Source: Amoebidium appalachense (lineage: Eukaryota; Protista; Ichthyosporea). From it: a DNA stretch of 6,228 nt. The notes beneath the pieces were generated by a model that did no database searches, was not told the origin of the DNA, and was given only the letters and a program-made list of their open reading frames with translations. This document shows positions 1-6,228 of the stretch, one piece after another. The stretch covers positions 1-6,228 of the forward strand of contig CAVNZM010000118.1 of assembly GCA_963693365.1 (NCBI GenBank). Direction: 5' to 3'. Positions within the stretch are counted from its first letter, which is position 1. Every line of letters begins with the position of its first letter. Made by a program: the position numbers and the translations under genes.

Positions 1-96
1 CTAGAGGTGGGTACCGGCTCTTTGTCCTATGCCTGCTGTTGTTTCCGTTTTTCGTTTCTGTGTTGCCCCAGCCCAGCCTGTTGTGCTTGTGTGGTA

Positions 97-135
97 GTTT
101 TCTTTTTCTTTTTTCTTCTTTTTTCTTCTTTTTTT
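97..135. repeat. Pyrimidine-rich (T/C) low-complexity tract
   Basis: Runs of T interrupted by single C residues (tttctttttctttttt...). This tract produces the poly-Phe and poly-Lys stretches in ORFs 7..204 and 1..384. Confidence 0.8.
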
Positions 136-216
136 GTCATGATTCTTTTTGGTATTTTTTGTTTGCATAAGAGTAATGTTGATACGAGATGCGAGATAAA
201 GTAGATAGTAGAGAAT

Positions 217-324
217 GGATGCCACCTGGGGTGGTATGTTAGTTGTGTTGTTAACTTGTGTGCTGTAGGATGCCACCTGGGGTGGTATATTAGTTGTGTT
301 GTTTACTTGTGTGCTTGATGCCAC
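217..324. repeat. 51-bp tandem duplication (2 copies plus the start of a third)
   Basis: GGATGCCACCTGGGGTGGTATRTTAGTTGTGTTGTTWACTTGTGTGCT starts at 217 and at 268 (2 mismatches over 48 bp). GATGCCAC recurs at 318-324. Each unit contains a small CCACC-TGG-GGTGG stem. Confidence 0.92.
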
Positions 325-382
325 TATCAAACCGAAGTTAATAAAGTGACCATACGGAACACGTATGGATGTCGACATGTGC

Positions 383-511
383 AATACATTGGCAATTCAT
401 TGACAATGATCATGGGGCTGTGCTTACCGTACCGTGCCACATGTGCATATTGCCAATATATTGAGCATGTGATTGAGGTATTAATAAAGTTATTATTAAT
501 ACATTGGCAAT
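383..511. repeat. Cluster of TTGGCAAT/ATTGCCAA motifs, the same motif as in the long inverted repeat
   Basis: AATACATTGGCAAT occurs identically at 383-396 and 498-511, and ATTGCCAAT occurs near 449-457. The same core recurs at 1179, 1255, 1294, 1467 and 1507. Confidence 0.65.
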
Positions 512-698
512 GTTCGTCATACGTATTATTCTTAGATAGGTTTTATTTGTGGAAATTATTGACATAAATATTTTTCTGGGTAAACACGTAGGATGGGTGT
601 CCGATATCAACAGGCTTCGTTTCATGTTTTAGCAGTTCGCGTTCGGCTGCCCGCATACGGGCACCTATTAGCCGATCAAAACATCAGATTCCACAGAT

Positions 699-790
699 CA
701 CTAGACCGAGTTTGATTGGCTCAGGATAAGATTTCACATAACACTAGATCGGTTTTGATTGGCTCAGTTCAGCAGCCTTAGGTATATAAG
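699..790 (+). promoter_or_regulatory. Putative RNA polymerase II promoter: two reverse CCAAT boxes in a duplicated 26-mer, followed by a TATA box
   Basis: CACTAGAYCGRKTTTGATTGGCTCAG at 699-724 and 742-767 (23/26 identical, 43 bp apart). Each copy contains TGATTGGCT, an NF-Y-type CCAAT consensus in reverse. TATATAAG lies at 783-790. Function is inferred from motif arrangement only. Confidence 0.5.
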
Positions 791-1242
791 CACGACAGTC
801 TTTAGCAGATCAGCAAGCAACAACACATCCTCTGTGTTTAGCACCTACAGCTTTACAGCTATATTTTCTTTTTCACCCACCCACATACACCCTACACTCA
901 ACCCCCATTGATCCCCACATACGTGCTGTTTTTTCACGGGGCGAAGACTTCCCCCGTTTTTTGGGCACAAGGACCTCACGGATCAATAAATTGATGACTG
1001 CGGGCTTGCCGTGGTTTACAACCATTGCAGGTTCACTTTCGTCCAAGGGGATGTCCCCCTAGAGGCAACACACGTCCCGGAGTAGTTTTCATAGATAAGA
1101 CGTTACTCCGATATGCCTTTCATATTATAAGCGCACTTATACTGTACTTTGCATGCATTCGTTCCCATTATCAATTTATTGGCAATGTATTTGGATAATA
1201 TAGTGTGATATTTATAATATATATGTAATGCATTATCAACAC

Positions 1243-1536
1243 GTATAATTGATATTGGCAATACGTCTATAATGCTAGCGCAATAGTAATGCATTGGCAA
1301 TGTAATGGCACTCTAATGTATTGGCGATATTGATGTAACATATACTAGATAATATATTCATATCATCGGGATATCGACAATAGAGGGTATTGGTACTGTA
1401 TTACCATTGACAATACCAAAGCAATATTATTGCAATATGGCGTTCCTATTGGCGGCAAGGGGTTCTATTGCCAATATCGCCAATAGCGCCAATAGCAAAA
1501 AATACGTTGGCAATACTTCCGGGAAGTTTGCTGATG
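1243..1536. repeat. Left arm of long inverted repeat (DNA-transposon terminal/subterminal sequence)
   Basis: Its reverse complement matches 3208-3269 joined to 5987-6221, with 5 substitutions and one 3-bp indel by manual alignment. It is dense in TTGGCAAT/GCCAATA motifs, has an ACTTCC-G-GGAAGT palindrome at 1515-1527, and ends ...GTTTGCTGATG. Confidence 0.95.
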
Positions 1537-3254
1537 AAGGTGCTCCTCGACTCTGGAGCCACTGACCATGTGTGCCCCCGGCCAGATGTGTTCGTCAACA
1601 TGCCTGCGGCGCCTTACTCCACGGTCCAAGTAGCCGACAAGGGTGCATGTGCAGTGCTTGGGGTGGGCGACATGTTCTTTTCCAGCACCATCGACGGCGT
1701 TACTGCGGTGCATCAGCTGACGGATGTACTCTACGTGCCCTCCATCCCCGACACTCTCATCAGTGTGTTCACGGCATCTACCAACGGCGTTTTACCCCGA
1801 TTTGAAACCCGCGGCGGCGTTAAGTTGTGCTATGGCGATCAAGTTCTGGCCACCGGCTCGGCTGTCAGCACCAAGCTGTACCACATGGCGGTGTCTCTTC
1901 TGCGCGCGGACACAACCCCGTAAGCCCAAACCACCACTGCTCCGCGTATCCTCAAGGTTACTACCGACCTCAACACGTGGCACTACCGTCTGGGCCATGC
2001 TGGCATTGACGCTGTACGCTCGGTCATCAAGTCTGCAGGCCTGTTGGTGGGTGGCGGTGCCAAGTCTCCGGGTGTGTGTGAGCCCTGTGCCCTCGGCAAA
2101 GCCCACCGTGTTGCCTTCTCCGAATCAACCAGCCAAGCTCCCCGGGTCCTAGCCAAGGTTCACAGCGACATCAGCGGCCCCTTCCCTCCAGCGATTGGTG
2201 GTGCTCAGTACTTGGCGACGTTCCACGACGAATTCACCGGCCACACCACGGCCGTGCCCCTCGTCAAGAAGTAGGACACACTGGCTGCATATGTGACGTA
2301 CCACAAGGCGGCGGTTACCCAACACGGTGTTCCCATGCAGGTGTTTCAGTCCGACGGGGGGGCGAGTACATGGGCACGGCCTTTGGGGACTACAACCGTG
2401 AGCACGACATTCGCCATCAGATCGCTACCACCGGCTCTCCTCAACAGAATGGGACTGCCGAACGACTGAACCGGACCCTCCTCGACATGGTTCGGGCACT
2501 CCTGCAGCAGTCCGGCCTTCCGGTGGGATTCTGTGCCGAGGCAGCTGTGACCGCGGCTTTTATACGCCACATGCTCCCGTCGCGAGCCACCGGCAGCCAA
2601 TCGTCTCCCGCCCTGCTGTGGACCTGCATTCCTCCCGACTACAGCCGGCTCCGTGTCTGGGGCTCTCCCTGCTACGTCCATCAACAGGATACACCAAAAC
2701 TGGCGCCTCGTGCCGTCAAAGGCATCTTCGTGGGCTACCCTCCTAACATCAAGGGCTACAAGGTCTGGATTCCAGCAGCACACAAGATGGTCGTCAGCCG
2801 TGACGTGCAGTTCGACGAGGATGCTATTCTGCACACCCTCTGTGATGTCCCATCTGATTGGTCGCCCGCACCGGCAATTCATCAATTTTTGGAGTCATCT
2901 GATTCGTCAAATCAGCCAGCCAATCACATCGTCCGGAATGATCAGCAATCTGATTCGTCTCGTCTGTCAGCCAATGGGACAGCGCCGAGTGATCAATTGG
3001 ACATTCCGATCCTGCCCGAGCCTGCACATCGGCTCCCCCGGACGACCCGTAGTGGCGCTGTGTACAACGACCAACGTCGAGGCCCGACTGCCAACGTGGC
3101 TGCTGCTACGGCCCCCCTTGCCCCCCAGGCTACGGCCCCTGCATCAACACCCATCAAGGCTTCCAACATTGTTGTCCCCAAGACTGTCCGGGCTGCACTC
3201 AAGAGTCCATCAGCAAACTTCCCGGAAGTATTGCCAACGTATTTTTTGCTATAG
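1534..3254 (+). pseudogene. pol: Truncated, inactivated Ty1/copia LTR-retrotransposon pol fragment (aspartic protease - GAG-pre-integrase/HHCC - rve integrase - SH3/GKGY - linker); RT and RNase H absent
   Basis: Motifs in order: LLDSGATDHVC and LTDVLYVPSIPDTLISV (copia protease region); WHYRLGH...CEPCALGK (HHCC); VHSDISGP (D 2167-2169); FQSDGG (D 2353-2355); SPQQNGTAERLNRTLLDMVRALL (E 2460-2462); LRVWGSPCYV...GIFVGY...KGYKVW...VVSRDVQFDE; VPKTVRAALKSP (motif just upstream of RT in copia). Lesions: TAA 1921-1923, TAG 2272-2274, and a missing G in the G7 run at 2356-2362. The PR-INT-(RT) order is diagnostic of copia. Copia-derived bases span about 1537-3207. Confidence 0.95.
2852..2998. repeat. 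Degenerate 45-51-bp tandem repeat in the integrase-RT linker
   Basis: ATCTGATTSGTC at 2852, 2897 and 2948; CAGCCAAT at 2917 and 2968; TGATCA at 2939 and 2990 (51-bp period). The translation repeats as SDSSNQPANHIVRNDQQ / SDSSRLSANGTAPSDQL. Confidence 0.7.
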
Positions 3255-3269
3255 GCGCTATTGGCGATA
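3208..3269. repeat. Right arm of long inverted repeat, inner part (left of the Helitron insertion)
   Basis: CATCAGCAAACTTCCCGGAAGTATTGCCAACG...GGCGATA is the reverse complement of 1475-1536 (61/62 identical, mismatch at 3253). Confidence 0.95.
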
Positions 3270-4420
3270 TCAATACTAATACTATAGAGCGCCCCCGAGT
3301 ACTTAGGAAGAAGTTCGTATTTTGGATATATTAGTATATCCCAGTGTAATAGCTCAGATGCTCTATCAGTATCAGTGTGTATCATGTAATAAATGTGTCG
3401 CGTCAATGAAGTTTTGAAATTTTATGATCTAGGTTGCAAGAAAATGTGTATCGGTATGCATTCTCTAAGATCGTACGTGGTGCGCCTCCTTGCGCACTTT
3501 CTTCTTAAAAATATCTAGAAACCATATCTGAAGTTCTTTACTCACACTTAGAAAAGGGGTATAAGTTATCTAATTCAGAACTGTCTCCGTAGGACAAAAT
3601 TAGCGGATCATGCGCCGAACGCACGCTCACGGACCCAGGTCGCATGAGCGGCGCACGCAGCCATCCATGGCTCCATGGGGTCCGTGTGCCGCTTGCATGC
3701 GCATGCACCTGTAAGGCACGACTCAGTAGCAAGGTTTTGAAAAGTTATCCAGCTGTACTTATTTATTTTTTGTAAGGCGGGCCGTGCACAATCAACACAA
3801 GCTCTGAGGGTTTACGTCCGCATTTCTGCAAATTCCAAATTTTGGTCGCTAGATTTACCGATAAAGTCATGATTAAACGGCGCTGCACGGGTCAATGCCG
3901 TCAGTTTTCACTAGACAGAATTTGTAGTACTGTGGAGAGCAGTTTGGTAGTACAAAACTCTTCTTCAAGGTCTGCAATGGCCATCGTTGCTGTGTTGTGA
4001 CTTCTTCTAGCCGCAATTATGGCGCAGACGCCGCCACTCTCCGCGTACCTGGAGTTTCCGTCTCTTTTATCACATGTCAACTCCCAACAAACCGTTTCCC
4101 TGTTCACAGTTCTAGGTTATGTGTTGTAATACGTAGTATTTACATATGGTAAGATCTTCTCAGTTTGTGTTATGTTTCAGTTCATATGCTTAGTGTAAAA
4201 GCCACACTCCTATTATGTAAAGTGTAGCATCGATCTCCGATATGCTTGTATACTTGTAATCGTGTTGTATCGGCTTTAATCGTGTGTTGTAATATCGATT
4301 AGAATATTTATATGTGTGTACACGGATCCACCCACTCAGGGAGAGACGTGAACATGTTCGTGTGTACATAAATATCTCTGGTTATAGTTATGCTATTACT
4401 ATCTTGTTTGTTGATCTGTG

Positions 4421-4475
4421 CTTTCTTTTCCTTTCTCTTTCTCCTTCCTTATTTTCTTTTCTTTCTCTCCTTGTC
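4421..4475. repeat. Polypyrimidine (CT-rich) low-complexity tract inside the Helitron
   Basis: ctttcttttcctttctctttctccttccttattttcttttctttctctccttgtc. Confidence 0.7.
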
Positions 4476-4823
4476 TTCATGTGTATAATCGTATTTCTTT
4501 TCTACTAATATATGTTAGGTAGATTTGTGTTACTTAATACGTGTTCATTGGACGGTAACACACTTAGGCTACACTTAGAATAGCATGTGTGTTTAGACTT
4601 CATTAATTTACTTTAGTTTTCATGTGTTGCCGGGCTTTAACCAATCATCAAGGTTAAGTGTGATATTTCTGAGTCTTTGCAGTATGTCATAGGTTAGAAC
4701 TTCCTTGATGATGACACGAGTTGATCTTAACTAGTGTCTGTGTCCTATCGTGTACGTCTCCGCGTACCGGATCTCTCTGAAAGCAATTGGTTCTTAGTGA
4801 TTGGTTTCTATTAGAGATAGATC

Positions 4824-4847
4824 TGATTTCCGACTGGTCGGAAATCA
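4824..4847. other. Perfect 11-bp inverted repeat with a 2-nt spacer, among CCAAT-like motifs
   Basis: TGATTTCCGAC-TG-GTCGGAAATCA. ATTGG motifs lie nearby at about 4786, 4800 and 4855. Confidence 0.75.
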
Positions 4848-5048
4848 CGTATGGATTGGACTTAGAGGAATTTCAGGTATTTATTCGAAGATCAGAATAA
4901 ATTCAGTTCAGTCGTGTCTAAACATTGATGTCTGTTGTGTACACTGCTCCGATCGTTCCGTGTTTTATTGTTGTGTGTGTCTGTGGTGTTTTCACACTGC
5001 ACCACTGTGTGTCTGCTTTCATCCCAAATACTTATATAATTTAACATT

Positions 5049-5810
5049 ATGATAACGTTGAGTGCATGCACATGCTGTGACGTACCCTTGACAACCCTGC
5101 GCTTGTCGGCCCTCTGTTGTACCTTGCGGGAAGTGAAATGTATGAAGTCTTTGGAAGTGGGAAACTTGGACACAATGCATCATTTGCACAAAATGAGGAT
5201 CTTGATTTTCACGCACACACACTCCAAAAATTATCTGCCCGTGCACTTGACACTGCTAAAGACATACACGAGGCATTCACCAACACATATGGCATCTCTC
5301 ACCACTATGCACAAAAACCAAACATCACAGGCTTTGCGTCAGGCTTTTACACTTGCACACCCACTCGGCACACACCTACAACACCAAATTGCCTTAATTG
5401 AATCTGCTCGTGCAAATCTTCTGCAAGCCATTAAAAAGCCAGACCTGCTGTGTGCCTTTTTGCTTGAGTATTTCATGACAAGCGAATATGTGTCTAAAGT
5501 GTCTGCCTCCTATACGTACAGTTCAGTTGATGGTGAAGTAAAAGAGGTTGACCAGGACTTTTCTGCTGGTTTATTTGACGCACTCTGCTCCATGACACAA
5601 ACCAAGTTAAGGATCTGGACTGGACACCCTTTATGAACCGCCTAAAACCCCGCCACTTAGTACTCCAGCCAAACCACACCAGAACACTGGATATCCTGTA
5701 TGAAGAGACACACACAGGATACAACTTATACAAGTTGCAAGAGCCTGCAGATGTTTTTGCACACATCAGCGAATGGAAACTGGAAAACGTTACTCTGTCA
5801 CAACAGAAGG
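5049..5810 (+). pseudogene. Possible degenerate or captured coding sequence within the Helitron (product unknown)
   Basis: Overlapping + strand ORFs of 195 aa (5049-5636), 94 aa (5117-5401) and 117 aa (from 5633) in otherwise ORF-poor AT-rich DNA. Protein-like stretches in alternating frames suggest frameshifts. I cannot assign a family with confidence, and the 3' boundary is approximate. Confidence 0.4.
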
Positions 5811-5947
5811 TCTGTAGTCTGTGCACCTCACGCCAGTGTTGCCATGTTATGATATATCTTGTGCCTATAAATTTTTCATCCAAATACACTCTATGTTCTC
5901 TTCTCTTCCGGATCCGCTTCAAATTCTGTGCACATGTCCCATGCAGG

Positions 5948-5968
5948 CCCCGCCCCAACGGGGCGGGG
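5948..5968 (+). other. Helitron 3' subterminal hairpin (rolling-circle termination signal)
   Basis: CCCCGCCCC-AAC-GGGGCGGGG is a perfect 9-bp all-GC stem located 14 nt before the terminal CTAG. Confidence 0.88.
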
Positions 5969-5986
5969 GGTACCTGTATTTACTAG

Positions 5987-6221
5987 TTGGCAATAGAACC
6001 CCTTGCCGCCAATAGGAACGCCATATTATTGCCATAATATTGCTTTGGTATTGTCAATGGTAATACAGTACCAATACCCTCTATTGTCGATATCCCGCTG
6101 ATATGAATATATTATCTGGTATATGTTACATCAATATCGCCAATACATTAGAGTGCCATTACATTGCCATTGCATTACTATTGCGCTAGCATTATAGACG
6201 TATTGCCAATATCAATTATAC
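5987..6221. repeat. Right arm of long inverted repeat, outer part (right of the Helitron insertion)
   Basis: Reverse complement of 1243-1474 with 4 substitutions and a 3-bp (TAT) insertion near 6036-6040. The match stops 7 bases before the window end. Confidence 0.95.
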
Positions 6222-6228
6222 CCGGGCG

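Larger units (their letters stand above)
3270..5986 (+). mobile_element. Non-autonomous Helitron (rolling-circle transposon), 2717 bp
   Basis: It begins 5'-TCAATACTAATACTATAG and ends with a GC hairpin (5948-5968) followed by CTAG (5983-5986). It is flanked by A (3269) and T (5987) with no TSD. The left inverted-repeat arm supplies the empty site (reverse complement TTGGCGATA|TTGGCAATAG). I recognise no Rep/helicase motifs inside. Confidence 0.9.

Noticed and set aside
217-324. CRISPR array
   Set aside because: The units are contiguous with no unique spacers, there are only two copies, no cas genes are present, and the context is eukaryotic transposable elements.
1-625. ORFs 1..384(-), 7..204(+), 346..567(+) and 410..625(-) as genes
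   Set aside because: They are explained by the T-rich tract, the tandem repeat and AT-rich motif arrays, and show no recognisable domain.
936-962. Rho-independent terminator (hairpin plus T6)
   Set aside because: The context is eukaryotic and there is no upstream gene. It is kept only as a hairpin observation. The 5948-5968 hairpin is better explained as the Helitron 3' signal.
600-1114. TCCGATAT at 600-607 and 1107-1114 as an 8-bp TSD around an insertion
   Set aside because: The enclosed sequence has no TIRs or TG...CA ends, and the same word recurs near 4236, so chance is likely.
2044-2600. Bacterial IS3/IS481 transposase with a programmed frameshift
   Set aside because: The protease, HHCC and SH3/GKGY domains and their order are specific to Ty1/copia. 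The frameshift falls inside the catalytic core and is a lesion.
1465-3406. Alternative-frame and antisense ORFs over the copia fragment (e.g. 1724..2152, 2346..2885, 2653..3279, 2993..3406)
   Set aside because: These are shadow ORFs of GC-rich pol coding sequence. The shared peptide HQQTSRKYCQRIFCY in two of them simply reflects the inverted repeat.
3901-4107. 68-aa minus-strand ORF as a captured gene
   Set aside because: It is short, has a non-ATG start, shows no recognisable motif, and adjacent frames contain stops. It cannot be supported without a database search.
1243-6221. Flanking repeats as the LTRs of the copia element, or a DIRS-type inverted-LTR element
   Set aside because: The repeats are inverted and cut into the pol coding region, with no PBS or PPT evident. 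The enzyme is a DDE integrase, not a tyrosine recombinase, and no RT is present.

Overview
This looks like eukaryotic DNA containing a nest of transposable elements, and I see no intact host gene. (1) A decayed Ty1/copia pol fragment (about 1537-3207) encodes protease, HHCC zinc finger, DD35E integrase and the C-terminal SH3/GKGY region, with two in-frame stops and one frameshift. It has no gag, RT, RNase H or LTRs. (2) This fragment is bracketed exactly by a ~294-bp, ~98% identical inverted repeat rich in TTGGCAAT/GCCAAT motifs: left arm 1243-1536, right arm 3208-3269 plus 5987-6221. (3) The right arm is split by a 2717-bp non-autonomous Helitron-type insertion (3270-5986; 5'-TC, GC hairpin, CTAG-3') inserted between A and T with no target-site duplication. 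Removing it rejoins the right arm base-for-base against the left arm. The left 1.2 kb holds a 51-bp tandem repeat, more TTGGCAAT motifs and a double-CCAAT + TATA promoter-like block. The main open question is whether the inverted repeats plus the RT-less copia integrase form one mobile unit or are two independent DNA-transposon ends inserted into a copia element.
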